A stretch of DNA of 64,000 bases. Source: Hypanus sabinus (Eukaryota). The position numbers were made by a program, and so were the translations under genes. The notes beneath the pieces are model-generated. The model saw nothing but the letters and a program-made list of their open reading frames with translations. It made no database searches and was not told the DNA's origin. Positions 37,836-54,085 of the stretch are shown piece by piece. The stretch is from the NCBI RefSeq assembly GCF_030144855.1, contig NC_082719.1, positions 62,682,001 to 62,746,000 of the forward strand, read 5' to 3'. Positions within the stretch are counted from its first letter, which is position 1. Each line of letters starts with the position of its first letter.

Positions 37836-39571
37836 GTATTCACGTAGGGTTGAAGGACAACTAAATTTGAACTTGAAATATGTGCTGCAAGTTAAATGTC
37901 CCCTTGAGCTACTTTCACCATTCAATAACATCATGGTTCACTTGATCTCAGCACAACTTCACTTTCTTGCCTGTTCCTCATCACAGTTGGCTTCCCAAAC
38001 GAGATTTTTTTTAATTTCATCTTAAGTATTCACTGCTTTGTTATCCAGGAGTCTCTGGGATAAAGAATTCCATACTCTCAGTATGCTCTGTGTCAGCTCT
38101 TTCATAATGCTTCCATACACAAACTGCAGGGCTACAACTGCAGCAAATGCTTTGCTGAAGGCAGCATTTCAACTAGTATCTGAGCAGGTCAATCCATGCG
38201 GCGTACTTGAATTTTGAGGGACTATTTAGCTTACTACTCTTATTACGCCAGCAAGGGATTCTGCTACTTAATAAAATAACTTGGTACAGTATGAGTAAAA
38301 TTTCTTCACTTTATTATAATGGTTAATTAAGAGAAAAAAAAGGAGGTTGCTAGGGTTCAAAGCTACAGGTGTGCTTGGTAATTTATTGTTTGTAACAATT
38401 TTTATACATAATCTTATCAGAAAAGACTCCTTAAAACCTATGCTTTTGAACAACATTTTAGACATCTACCTTCTTATCTCCTTATCAAATTTTATTTGGT
38501 CACATTCTGTGAAGCAGCTTGAGAAGTAGTAATCTCTTTTCTCTGAAATGCTTCCACAGCAGTTATGTCCAGGCACTGGAAAGTACCACTAATGCTCTTT
38601 TCCACAAATTCCTCCAAATTCACCAGAAGATTAAGTGACCAATACCCCAAGTCAGGGTGGATTTATTGTCACGTACACAAGTACGGTGAGGAACATTGAA
38701 AAACTTGTTTGCAGCAGCATCACTACAGATGTGTAAGTACAAACAACACCAAAATATATGTTATATTTATAAAATATATATTATACTGTAAAGAGTGGGA
38801 AAATGACTGTGCTATAAGAAGTGCAAAAAAGTGAGATGCCATCAGAAACAAGTACAGCGGGAAGAGGTCCATAATATATCATTGTTAAGATAGGGTTAGG
38901 GTTGTAACCAGTCAACATCTCAAGTACTGAACTTAGTGATGTGAGATTTCACACTTGATGGCAACAGTGAGAAGAGGATATGGCTCTTGATGATAGATGC
39001 TGCCTTCTTGAGGCATTGCCTCCTATAGATTCTGTCAACGTTGGGGAGGAATGTGCCCGCAATGGATTGGATTGTGTCCATAACTCACAGCCTCTTGCTT
39101 TCCTGTGCATTAGAACTGCTGTGCCAGGCCACCATGCCACCGGCCAGGATTCTTTCAGCAATGTATCTGTAGAATTTTGTGAGAGTATTTGATGACATGG
39201 CAAATCTCCTTAAGCTTCTAACCCTAAATCTAACCCCAGCACTGAAGCACAAATTACTCTTCAATGGCTAAATTTGACAGGCCATGTCATTCACATGCCA
39301 GACACCAGATTCCCAAAACTCTATTCAAAATATTGTTGTGGGAATAGATTAACAGTTGGACAGAGAAGAAGATTCAAGGATGTGCTCATGAACTTCCATG
39401 CCCTGGAACTACACTAAAGCTGTGTGTGAACAGAAAGCCTCTACCACCTCACAATCTACCTGTCTTGTCAGCCACCAACTGCCCCATAGTGCAAGGGTCT
39501 GTGAATCCCAAATTAGCCTGATCAGCCACTTGGGCAAACACAAACTGGAAGTGGAAACACAATATTTTCTA

Positions 39572-39952
39572 TCATAAGACCATAAGATAGGAGCAGAATC
39601 GTGCCATTCGGCCCATCAAATCTGCTCCGCCATTTCATTATTTATTATCCCCTTAAACACTATTCTCCTGCCTTCTCCCTGTTGCTTTTGACACCCTTAC
39701 TATAATTAAATGTACCCAATGACTTGGCCTCCGCATTGATCTGTAGCAACGAATTCCACAGATTCACCAACCTCTGCCTTAAGAATTTCCTCCTCATCTC
39801 TGTTCTAAAGGAACATTCTCCTTTTCTGAGGCTCTGCCCTCTGGTCTTAGATTTTCCCATTAATGGAAACGTGCTCTCCATGTCCACTGTATCTGGGCTT
39901 TTCAATATTTAATGAGATTCCCACAACCCCCATTCTTCTAAACTCCAGCCAG
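39572..39952 (-). mobile_element. CR1 3' end
   Basis: SKTRG...LWNSL in ORF 39660..39905; CATAAGAC tail repeats. Confidence 0.85.
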
Positions 39953-41289
39953 TAACAATAAGGAATATATATGTAAATTAAATAAGTGGTGCAAAAAGAG
40001 AACAAAAGCAATGGTGCAGTGTTCATCGGTTTATTGGCTGTTCAGAAATGTCAACACCATGGAGGGGGGAGTTACAAATGGTGCCAGAGGGTGACTGCTC
40101 CCAGCCCTTTTATGAAACAGTTTAAATTCTTCTCCTCTCTAATGCCTCTTCTTTCCTTTTCAAGGAAGGTGGGGTTCCCATTGGAGTCAGCGATCGACAG
40201 CTGCGCTCAAACTGGGTGGGTTCCTGCTCTCGATCAGCTGCATTTTGGTATCTCTGGGAGCAGCCTGGAAGATGTAGGCCTTCGGGGTTTGGCCCTGTGG
40301 ACCCGATTCCTCACCAGTGTTGCCAACTGAAGTGCTTGTGAGAGATCGGAACATCGAGACAGCAGATGCAGCTTTTGGAGACCTTTGCATTTGAGTGGGT
40401 GATCTCGCTCTCCTCACTCTCCTGTCTATCCCTCCCTACCTACAAGTTGGGGAACTCATAATGGAAGTGGTGCTGCAGACTGTAACACTGAAACAGTGAG
40501 CTGTTCGTCCTCCCTCTCGCTGCGGAAGGAGTGCTAGAGAGAGAGAGAGAGAGAGAGAGCCTGTGGCATTTCCAACTGCTGGGTGAACAGTAGTTTTTGA
40601 TGAACTGTAGATCACGGACTCTCTTTGGGGGTGTTGATGTTGCTTGCTTGATGTGGAGTGGGGGTGCTGATGCTTTCAGCTAGAATGTGGGGGAAGGGGA
40701 GGAGGAAAGGTTGATGTTTTTGCTGCTGCTTGTGTGTTGGGAGGGGCGATTTGGGGTTCTTGTGTTTTTCCTGTTATTCATTCCTTAGGGCCTTTCTTCC
40801 ATTTTGTTGATGTCTGCGGAGAGTTAGAATTTCTGGTTGTATATTGTATATATTCTCTGATATTAATTGGAAGGCCCAAAGCCATCAAACACTTCTTATG
40901 TCAACAGTCAATCCAGGATCATGCTCATAAACCTGTCTGGACCTTGTCCCAAAGGATTGCCAAAGGAGGCAATCTAAATAGCTTCTGAGTAGACATGCTA
41001 TTTTGGCTCTCAAGCTTAATTTTATGTTGTAAATTTACCTGCACTTCCGATATTGTGAAAGTTAATCATAGTTTTAACGTGTTTGTCTTGACAGGCTTGT
41101 TTCCTTTTCAGAATCAGGTTTATTGTCACTGAACTGTGTTGTAAAATGTATTGTTTTGTGGCAGCAATACAGTGCAATGGATAAAATAAACTATAAGTAA
41201 CAATAAGAATTTTAAATAAGTAGTGCAAAAAGAGAGCAAAAATAATGTGTTGTTCGTAGTTTCATTGACCTTTAAGAAATCTGTGGTTA

Positions 41290-41920
41290 AGAAAGCATTT
41301 GGTGTATTGGCCTTCATCAATTGTGGGATTGAGTTTAGGAGCTGAGAGGTAATGTTGCAGGTATATAGGACCCTGGTCAGACCCCACTTGGAGTACTGTG
41401 CTCAGTTCTGGTCGCCTCACTACAGGAAGGATGTGGAAGCCATAGAAAGTGTGCAGAGGAGATTTAAAAGGATGTTGCCTGGATTGGGGAGCATACCTTA
41501 TGAGAACGGTTGAGTGAACTCAGCCGTTTCTCCTTGGAGTGAAGGAGGATGAGGGGTGACCTGATAGAGGTGCATAAGATGATGAGAGGCATTGATCATG
41601 TGGATAGTCAGAGGCTTTTTCCCAGGGCTGAAATGGTTGCCACAAGAGGACACAGGTTTAAGGTGCTGGGGAATAGGTACAGAGGAGATGTCAGGGGTAA
41701 GTTTTTTACTCAGAGTGGTGAGTGCGTGGAATGGGCTGCCGGCAATGGTGGTGGAGGCAGATACAATAAGGTTTTTTAAAGAGACTTTTAGATAGGTACA
41801 TGGAGCTTAGTAAAATAGAGGGCTATAGGTAAGCCCAGTAATTTCTAAGGTAGGGACTTGTTCAGCACAACTTTGTGGGTTGAAGGGCTTGTATTGTGCT
41901 GTAGGTTTTCTGTTTCTATT
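41290..41920 (+). mobile_element. CR1 3' fragment
   Basis: LVRPHLEYCAQFWSP and MRGDLIEV; TTTCTGTTTCTAT tail. Confidence 0.88.
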
Positions 41921-42844
41921 TGATGGATGAGGGGAAGCTGTTCCTAAAACTTGCCTGTGTGTCTTCAGGCTCCTACACCTTGTCTCTGATGGTAGTAATG
42001 AAAAGAGAACATGTCCTGAGTGGGGATCCTTAATGATGGATTCTGCCTTCTTGAGGCATCGTCTTCAGATGATATCATCGATGGTGGGAGTTTAATGCTC
42101 TCCTCCGAATACTTGTATATACCTATAGTTATGCTGTTTGTGTAAAACTAGTTCAGGCTAATTTACAAATTGTTAACATTAATTCTATGTCAACACAGTC
42201 AAGCATTCTCTTCTTACATCCCTATGGTGCTCCTCCCCCTTCCCTTTCTTCCATGGTCTTCTGACCTCTCCTATCAGATTCCCCCTTCTTCAGCCCTTAT
42301 GTCTTTCACCAATCAACTTCCCAGCTTTCACCTATCACTTAGTACATCTTCTTCCCCTCCCCCACCACCTTATTCTGACTTCTCCCCCTTCCTTTCCAGT
42401 CCCAGTGAGGGGTTTTAGCTCGAAACGACGACTGTTTACTCTGCAAAGATGCTGCCTGGCCTGCTGAGTTCCTCCAGCAGTTTGTGTGTGTTGTCTGGGG
42501 GCAGCTTCTACCTCTTCGCCTTCAGATTTCTGAATGCCCTATGAAGCCTTGTCATTCTTTGCATTATTTATGTATTTTTTCTAATTTGAATGTCTTTGCA
42601 ATGTACTACTGCCGCAAAACAACACATTTCAGATCATATAAGTTAATGATAATAAACCTTATTCTGATTCTTTATCTTTTTTACAAGCTTCCATTACTTG
42701 TACATACCTTTAAGCTGTTCTTGCATGTAATTCAAGCTTTTTTATAACATCAGTAATATTAATTGTACATCTTTTCAACACAATTAATGTATAAACATGG
42801 TTTTCAACAGATTTTTAATTGAAATGCCAACACAAGGTTGGGTA

Positions 42845-43240
42845 GACATCTGAGCATGCGCAGTTTTTATTCCGCTTGTGACCCAGAGTGTATTGTGGAC
42901 AAAACCATTACAGTTAGCGGGTGTCAATATGAGACCATCAGGGTTATCACATATTATTTTTAAGAAGAGTTAACATTAGGACTTGTTCATATGCTGAACA
43001 TATAATAATATTGTCGTCTGAAATTATTGACTATTGGTAATGGACATATGTCGATGTGGACTTGAGATATTGAATCCTGTCACCCCTTGTAAATAGGAAG
43101 GTGCTCGGGTTGGTATCGTCCGTAATGGCGGCGGCGAACCAAACGCTCCCGGGGCCTGAGATCAGTTGCCGGGGCCCACGGACGACAGCCGGCTCTTCGG
43201 TGAAGGTGGGAAGCGGTGGCGACGGGCAGATGTGTCTATG
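42845..43240 (+). promoter_or_regulatory. TRIM23 promoter / CpG-rich exon 1 region
   Basis: NRF1-like GCATGCGCA near 42854; CpG cluster around the start codon. Confidence 0.55.
43125..43205 (+). CDS. TRIM23: TRIM23 coding exon 1 (MAAANQTLPGPEISCRGPRTTAGSSVK, 81 nt)
   Basis: gtaATGG Kozak context in a CpG-rich segment; AAG|gtggga donor in phase 0, joining VLECGVC; 27 codons ending VK as in the recalled ortholog. Confidence 0.88.
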
Positions 43241-43514
43241 CTTGGTGAAGGTTTGGGTGTCTAAGGGCTCGGTAGGGCTGTGTTATCTGGACTGTCGTTG
43301 GAGGTGAGGGAAGAGTGGGGGAGTGTCTGGGCCTCTGGTCAGCTGCCCCCAGACACGACCTCTTCACTCCGAAGGAGCAACTACTCTCTTCTCTATTTCC
43401 AACTCCATGCACCTCTCGCCCTCCCCTCATCTCGGTGCACCCTCCTCTACCTTTTTGCCCTAGGTTCCCCGCTCCCCAATTCCATTTTTCACCCAGTCCA
43501 CTTTTATCCCCGAA

Positions 43515-44920
43515 GTTCAAAGTAAATTTGTTATCAAAATACATTTGTCACTATATACAATCCTGCGATTCACTTTCTTGCAGGCATTCACAGTAAGTAC
43601 AAGCAACACAATTAGAATCATTAAAAGACCTCACCCAACAGGACGGACAAATTTCACATGTGCAAAAGAGAACAAACTGCGCAAATACAAAAAGAATGAA
43701 AATATGAACCGTAATAACAAATAAGCAATAAATATGGAGAACGTAAGAGGAAGCCCTCTTGAAAGTGAATCCATTGGTTGTGGGAACAGTTCCGTGAAGG
43801 TTGGAGTGAGTTATCTGATTCAAGAGCCTGACGGTCGAGGGGTAATAACTGCTCCTGAACCTGTGAATCCTGAGTCTACTTCTTCCTGATGGCAGCAGTG
43901 AGAAGAGACCACGGCCTGGACGGTGGGTATCCTTGATGATGGATGCTGCTTTCCTGCAACAGTGTTCTGTGTCAATGTGCTCAGTGGTGGGGAGGGATTT
44001 ACCCGTGATCAACTGGGACATGTCCACTACTTTTTATAGGACTCTCCTGTTGTAGGGCATTGGTGTTTTCACACTGGGCTGTAATGCAACCAGTCAATAT
44101 GCTACTCTCCACCAGACATCTATAGAAGTTTTACAGTGTTTCAGATGACATGTAAAATCTTCACACACTTTTAAGAAAGCAGAGGTGATGTCATGCTTTC
44201 TTCATAATGGAATTTGTGTGCTGGATCTTGAACAGATCTGCTGAAATGACATCACTGGAATTTAAAGTTGCTGACCTTCTTCACCTCTGATCCCCCAGTG
44301 AAGACTGGCTCATGGACCTCAGTCTTCCTTCTCTTGAAGTCAATACTCAGCTCCATGGTCCTGCTGAAGCTGAGTGAGAGGTTTTTGTTGTGGCACCACT
44401 CAGCTAGATTTTTGGTCTGTCTTCTATATTCTGATTTGTCACCACCTTTGATTTGGCCAATGACAATGATATTGTCAGCAAACTTGTATATGACATTGGA
44501 GTTGTACATAACTTCACAGTCATAGGTGTAAAGTGAGTAGAGCAGGGGGCTATGCACACAGTCTTGTGGTGCACCTGTGCTGATGGAGATTGTGGAGAAG
44601 ATGTTGCCAAACTGAACTGACTGAGGTCTGCAAGTTAGGAAATTGAAGATCCAGTTGCCCAAGAAGGTGTTATGGCCAAAGTCTTGAAGCTTATTGCTTA
44701 GTTTCAAAGACATGACAGTATTGAATCCTGAGTTTTAGCCAATGACGAGCATCCTTTTGTATACATCTATATGTCCAAGTGTTCCAAGGTTGAGGGAAGA
44801 GCCAATGAGATGGCATCTGCTGTTAACCTGTTTTGACAGTGGACAGATTAAAGCAATCCAAGTCGTTTCTCAAGCAGGAATTGATGTTTCATCACCAACC
44901 TCTCAAAGCACTTCATCACA
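43515..44920 (-). mobile_element. Degraded Rex1/Babar-like LINE in TRIM23 intron 1
   Basis: TGAPQDCVHSPLLYSLYTYDC and KFADN in ORF 44252..44713; LLPSGR in ORF 43551..44027. Confidence 0.85.
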
Positions 44921-45641
44921 GTACTCTCTTTGCTTCCCATTTCCAAACACCAACCTCTCCTTCCCCACATTTCCCCCCCCCCCCAAAGCCCTGGAAGGGT
45001 CCTTCGTCTGGCATCCTGCCAAGGTTACCTTTGTGCCTTCCCTGTCTATCTCGTCATCTCTCAAAAATCTTGTTATCCCATGTCGCCTTTAGGACTGAGA
45101 TGGGTGGTGAGTGTTTTACCATAAGGTAGTGAATCCTTGGAATTTTCTAAAGAGGTTGAGATAATTAATTGATGAGCATATTAGAATTAGTTTAATATTG
45201 TCACAAGGTACAGTGAAAAGCTTTTCTTGTACACTGTTGATACATAACAATTCATTACATTGAGCTAATACAAGGTACAATAATAACAGAATGCAGAATA
45301 AAGTGCAACAGTTAAAGAGAAAGTACAATGCAGTGTGAAAGTGTGAAAATATAATGAGGTAGATTGTGAGATCAGGACTCCATCTTGTCGTACTAAGGAA
45401 CCGTTCAAGAGTATTACAACACCAGAGTAGAAGTTGTTCTTGAGTATGATGCTATGTGCTTTCAGGTTTTTGTATTTTTTACCCATTGGGAGTGGAGAGA
45501 AGAGAGAATGTCTGGGGAAGGATATCAAAGGACCAAGAGTAAGTGCAAGAAAGTGGTTTTTTAGTGAAGGGCTAAATAGTTCATTCTTTCTAATGTTTTT
45601 AACTTTGCCTGAGTAAAACATGCCAATGTATTTGTCTAGAT

Positions 45642-46369
45642 CGGGTCGGCAACCCACGGCTCCGGAGCCGCATGCGACTTTTTCATCTGTGCTGCGGCTC
45701 CCTGTGGTTTGTTAGTTTTTGAAATGTAATTCGAAATTTGAAGATTATGGTGATCTTGTACAATCTAAAAACGTTGTGGAGACCCCATTTCCTGGCACAT
45801 CTGAACCGGCTCACAATTAGCCACCGTTCCGGCTAAGGGAGATAGCCTACGGGGGTTTGTGAGTACGTGTCTTTTGGAGCATCCGCGCCCACGGGGACGG
45901 GTTGAGGGAGGCTTTAAAGCAAGACTGTTTAGTTCGAGTAAAGTTACCTTTGACTGCAGTGTCTTTATTTTAGTGCTGCGTGTAGCACACCGCTACAACG
46001 TGTTTTTTATCGCTATTAATATACATCACCACTGCCAATGCCTGACACCCGCCAGTGAGCGCTTTCTTTTAATTCTTCGATCCAAGGTAGGCTAACTATG
46101 GAGTAACCTTCAACCCAACGTCTTTTTTTCGGAGTTCAAAATGTTTTTGTTGCATGCAGAAATGTAATTTCGTTTTCTCTGCAGGAGTTCATCACTTTCA
46201 TAAATGCAACACATTATAGTTTGTTTATACATAGCATAAAGGCAAAAAAAAACGTTGTATGCAGTGTTATTTCATTTTAAATGTCAAACACTGTGGCTCC
46301 CAGTGTTTTCTTTTCTGTGGGAAATGGGTCCATATTGGCTCTTTCAGTGGTAAACGTTGCCGACCCCTG
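45642..46369. mobile_element. Non-autonomous hAT (Charlie-like) element
   Basis: TIRs GGGTCGGCAAC / GTTGCCGACCCCTG; perfect 8-bp TSD GTCTAGAT (45634-45641 and 46370-46377), matching the NTCTAGAN preference. Confidence 0.9.
45775..45997 (+). mobile_element. Solo LTR (223 bp) nested in the hAT MITE
   Basis: TGTGG...CTACA termini; perfect 4-bp TSD ACGT; homologous to 57628-57843. Confidence 0.82.
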
Positions 46370-46473
46370 GTCTAGATGGTTGATTTATCCATTTAGAATT
46401 TAATTAACTTATCTACCATTGTGTTTAAAAGCTTTGGCTTTTGTTTTAAAATAGTGCACTTACTCTACGTATA

Positions 46474-47129
46474 CAATAGATTCTTGTTAATTGGGCCACA
46501 GCGGGACAAGTATATTTTGGCTCAGTTAAGTGGCTGTCCCACTTAGCGAAAGTTTCATGGAAATAGTTAAAAAGATATAAAGAAGATAAACTACTATTTA
46601 ACTGAGTTGCGCATTATGTACTTAAGTGAAATGCAGAACAAATTAGAACACTATCATTACTATAAACCTGTCTATTAGGCCCGAATAGTTATCGATGGAG
46701 TCTATTGCTTGACTGTAAATGAACAAAATCAGTGCAGGCAGCTAGGGTAATGTCAAATGTTTTCGTTGCAGCTCGGCAAAGATCTGACATTTTTAAAAGT
46801 CAAAATAAAAAACAAAATGATCTTTAATTTGCTGCTTTTTGAATTGGCATCTGTCAACCCAAATAGACAGCTTAACAAAAGAATAAGCAGCTGATGCTAT
46901 TTAAAACTGTTCGCTCTAAGCACAGTGTAATGTGTAATGGCCACACAAGTGCACGCGACTGACGCTAGTTAGAAGCTGTTCAGCAACAGTCTCCTGCACT
47001 AATTAAGTGTTCCAAATAAACAAAGGGAATCCCAGCTATTTTCTCGATCAGTTCTTTGTTCTTTAAGAGTTGTCCAAAATAAGAGGCTTCCCCCAATTAA
47101 CTGATGGCATAAGTAACTGGAATCCACAT
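46474..47129. mobile_element. Tigger/pogo-like MITE
   Basis: ta-CAATAGATTCTTGTTAATTGGG at the left and TAACTGGAATCCAA-like inverted counterpart at the right, with subterminal CCAATTAA repeats. Confidence 0.6.
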
Positions 47130-49397
47130 TATATTTCAATCCTATTCAAAATTAAAATTTAAAAAGTGAGCAGATAGGGTTGAAGATCAGACCAGATCAT
47201 CAGTCATTTTTAAGTGGCCTTTCACAATCAAGACTAATATTGATTGAAAACAAATGTATATTGATCAGAATCCGATTTATCTTCATTGGCAGATGTTGTG
47301 AAATTCGTTGTTGCAACTGTAAAAAGGATGTAAAAATTAGTTTGTCTTTTGCACAATGTATTTTTGTAACACTGTAGGATTCATGGACTGTTCAGAAATC
47401 TTGTGGCAGAGGAAAAGAAGCTGTTTTTAAAATCTTGAGTGTGGGTCTCCAGAGTCTCCTGTACCAATTCCCTGAGGGCAATCACATGAAGAGGGTATTT
47501 CTCTAATGCTGAGGGCCTTTAATGATGTGTTGCCTTCTTGAGGCACTGCTTCTTGAAGATATTCTCTGTTTTGGGACAATAGTACCCGCGATCAAATTGC
47601 CTGCGTCTATAACCCTCTACAACTTCTTGTGATCCCGTGCTTTGGACGCACCATGCCAGGTTGTAACGCAACCAGTCAGAATGCTCTCCACCATACATTT
47701 GTGAATGTTGCTTTGGATTTTCAGCATCTGCAGAATTTCTTGTGTTTACAACATCCTGCTAAGTACACCTTCAGGGCTTGATGCCTTGGGAGAGTTCACT
47801 CTCTTGAAGGGTGCTCTGACATCAGCCTCCGGGACAGATCACAAGGTTGTCAAAACTGGGGATTCATTCAGGCGAGGTGTTGTTTTTCCTTTCAGTGTGC
47901 ATAAAGGTACTGAGCTCATTGGGGAGTGAAGCGTCTCTGCCACTTAGGTTCTTATAGGAAGTAATGGCATGCCAATGCTGTCACAGCTGTCATGCATCCA
48001 AAATGTTTGTCTAACTTCACATGGAATTGCCTCTTCACTCTCATAATGGCCTTTTGTGGGTTATAATTGGACCACACACTGTTCCTAACTGTAACCCATT
48101 TAACATGCTGCTCAAGTGAAGAAAAGGGACCTTTTGGACCATCCAACAAACCTACGTTGATATCCCTACCCCGCCCCTACCCCCATCCTTATCTATTATT
48201 TCAGTCTGGTTCTCTTTCTCATTTTTCCCCCCTCACTATAATCCCCCCAGCCCTACCTTTCTTTCTCTTTTATTTCCCATAATTCTCCACCTTCCCCCAG
48301 CCCATTTCCCTCCAACCTATCACTTCCTAGCTCTCTACTTTATCCCTCCCCCCTCTTCTTATCCCCCCCCTTGACCATCCCACGTTACTTCACTCCTGAT
48401 GAAGGGTTTCACTACCTCCTCCCATAGATGCTGTCTGGCCTGCTGAGTTCTGCCAGCATTTTGTGTTTATATTTATTTTCAGCATCTGCAGATTCACTTG
48501 TGTTGCTTTTGGACCATCCTACTCTTTTGATCTCCATGTGGTAGGGAAGGTATAGCAACATCCAAGTTTGGGCCATGCAGTTAAAATTGAGGTTGGATCC
48601 TAATAGCATAATTAAGATCAGACATGCACGTATAAAGAAGGACACCTCTCGCTTTCCTCAGCCCACTCTCCTGGGTCAATTGATTCCTGTAGTGGATAGG
48701 GTGGTAAAGAAGGCATATGGCATGCATTGATCAGACCACTGAATAAGAGTAAGGAAGTTGGGTTGCAGCTGTACAAGACGTTGAGTAGGCCCCAGATGGA
48801 ATATTGTGTGCCATTCTGGTGGCTACATCCCTGGAAGAACATGAGGCTTTGGAAAGGATGCACAAGAGGTTTATTTGGGTGCTGCCTGGATTTGAAGGTG
48901 TAAGCCATCAGGAGAGGATGGGCAAAGCTGGGTTGTTTTCTCTGTAGTGTCAGCTGGAGAGGAGACCTGATAGAAGATAATTAAATTATGAAAGGCATAA
49001 ATAGGGTAGACAGATTATTTTTCCCCGGATAAAAATGTCAAATACATGAGGACATGTATTATAAGATGAGAGGAGGAAGCTTTAAAGGAAATGTGTGGGG
49101 CAAGCTTATTGCACAGAGATTCTTGGGTGCCTGGGTAAACTGTCAGTGGTACTAGTGGCATTTAAGAGCTTTTAGAAAGGCCAGTGAATATGCAGGGAAT
49201 GTAAAGGTAGAGATATTTGTATGCAGAAGAGATAGTTTAATTTGGTATTGTGTTTAGCACAGACATTATGGGTTGACAGACATAGTCTTACATCATATTG
49301 TTCCGTTCTCCACTAGTAGGGTTCCGAATCGCTAGTCATGAACGCCACAGATCTTGCTCCCGGCAGAATCTTCTTGTTCATTCATGGTTTCTATTTT

Positions 49398-52328
<2,931 letters not shown>

Positions 52329-52583
52329 ATGTACACCTGACTTGATGAAGTTGGTGATTGCTGTGGCAAAATCATTCAGATCCAAAGATGAATCTCTGAA
52401 TATGGTCCATTCCATGAATTCAAAGCAATCAACTTCATTGCTTTTCCCCTGTAAATGGTGTGATGCTTTCTTTCCCTCAAACCCCCAAATCCGCTGCTGT
52501 GTATCAGGAATGAAATGTGTACAATCTTTATATTGTTTAACACTGTCCTATGTTGCATAACCTCTGAATCTCTTAATTTTTAG

Positions 52584-52746
52584 GTTTTAGAATGTGGTGT
52601 TTGTGAAGATGTTTTCAGTCTGCAAGGTGACAAAGTACCTCGCTTGCTCCTTTGTGGTCATACGGTCTGCCATGATTGTCTCACCCGCCTTCCACTTCAG
52701 GGGAGAGCAGTACGTTGTCCATTTGACCGACAGGTGACTGAACTAG
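52584..52746 (+). CDS. TRIM23: TRIM23 exon 2, RING finger (VLECGVCEDVFSLQGDKVPRLLLCGHTVCHDCL...CPFDRQ, 163 nt)
   Basis: tttag acceptor, gttag donor; RING Cys/His pattern. Confidence 0.97.
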
Positions 52747-53559
52747 GTTAGTCCAGGAATTTATGGTTCTAATGATTTAAATGTTTTAAATTTCTTAATC
52801 TGTACTGCAGTTTGCATTACTTCTATTGCATTTTAAAATAGGGTCAATTTTATGTATTTCATTTACAAATTAGTACTTTTAATTTGCATTTTATTTCCCT
52901 ATTATAATGTTAATTGCCATATTACCTTAATTACTGTAGTTTAATCTGTGTTTTATAAGGCTGTCATTGGATCATCATTTTACACCCGCGCAACAAAGAA
53001 GTTTGGCGTAATGAATATTGGCAAGAAAAAAAAATGCGCTTTCTGTAACACACTTGAAAAATATATTTTGCCTAGTAAGTGGCAGTTATTTGATGGGAGA
53101 AGAAGGTTGCATATTAATTTCTACTTTCATAACATTATTTTGAGTGCACTTTACATACCTGCTTCCTCCTCCCCACTATGCTAGATCCTCAACCAACATT
53201 ATAACATAAATCAACTATTCAGGTCATCTGGGTTTGCACAAGTTGGTTGTTACGTTTTCTACTTTATATAGGTGATTTACAATGAATACACCTGACTGTT
53301 AAATCAATTTCTGAACATTCTGAGGTTCCATTGTGTGTCACAAAAACATCAGTTAACCACGGAAGCTTGAAGTAAATTTTGTGATTAAATTTTGTTGAGT
53401 TTGTATGGACAAGCTGAAAATTTTATTAAACCAAATAAAGTATAGAACTTTGTAAGGACCAGTTATGGAGTCTTACAACAATGGAGAGCAACCCCTTAGA
53501 TTTCCAAATCCACACCAACTATTAAGCACCAATTTTATGATAGTCTTTATTCTTTCTAA

Positions 53560-53752
53560 ATCTCCCTCCTCCCACTGGATTACACTAGTTGCATACTGGC
53601 AATTACACTAGCCAGTATGGGAGATGACCAAAGCAGCTAGAGAAAACCCACACAGTCACAGGAGGACATGAAAACTCTACACAGATAGCACTGGAAGTAG
53701 TTTGAACCTTGGTTGCTAGACCTGTGAGGTAGCAGTGTTGCTAGGTGTGCCA
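53560..53752 (-). mobile_element. Degraded V-SINE (HE1-like) fragment
   Basis: GAGAAAACCCACACAGTCACAGG..AAACTC.ACACAGATAGC central-domain-like motif; a similar remnant lies near 4080-4245. Confidence 0.55.
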
Positions 53753-53963
53753 AGCCTTATCTACCTGCCTCGGTCTTGGATCTATTACATTGAATATTAT
53801 TGTGCATACACAAAATTCTGAATGTAGGAAAGATTAGGCCTAATCAAAAATTTTTGAATGAGTTAAGAAATATTTTATTCCTAAATATTGTATTTGATTG
53901 GAAAATTGAAGAACTCAATAACTTGGTGAATTCCAAAAACACCACTTAATTATGAATTAACAG

Positions 53964-54085
53964 GTGATTCAGGCATCTGGGGTCTAAAGAAAAACTTTGC
54001 TTTACTGGAACTCCTAGAACGGTTACAGAATGGCACTGTCAATCCCCATGGAGCTTCTGATGAGGTTCTGACTGTGTCAGGAGAG
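53964..54085 (+). CDS. TRIM23: TRIM23 exon 3 (DSGIWGLKKNFALLELLERLQNG..., 122 nt)
   Basis: cag acceptor, gtatg donor; peptide match. Confidence 0.96.

Noticed and set aside
6560-48505. Recurrent GCCTGCTGAGTTCCTCCAGCA block as a CRISPR-like repeat
   Set aside because: Copies are dispersed kilobases apart, diverged and unspaced; they are retroelement termini in a eukaryotic genome.
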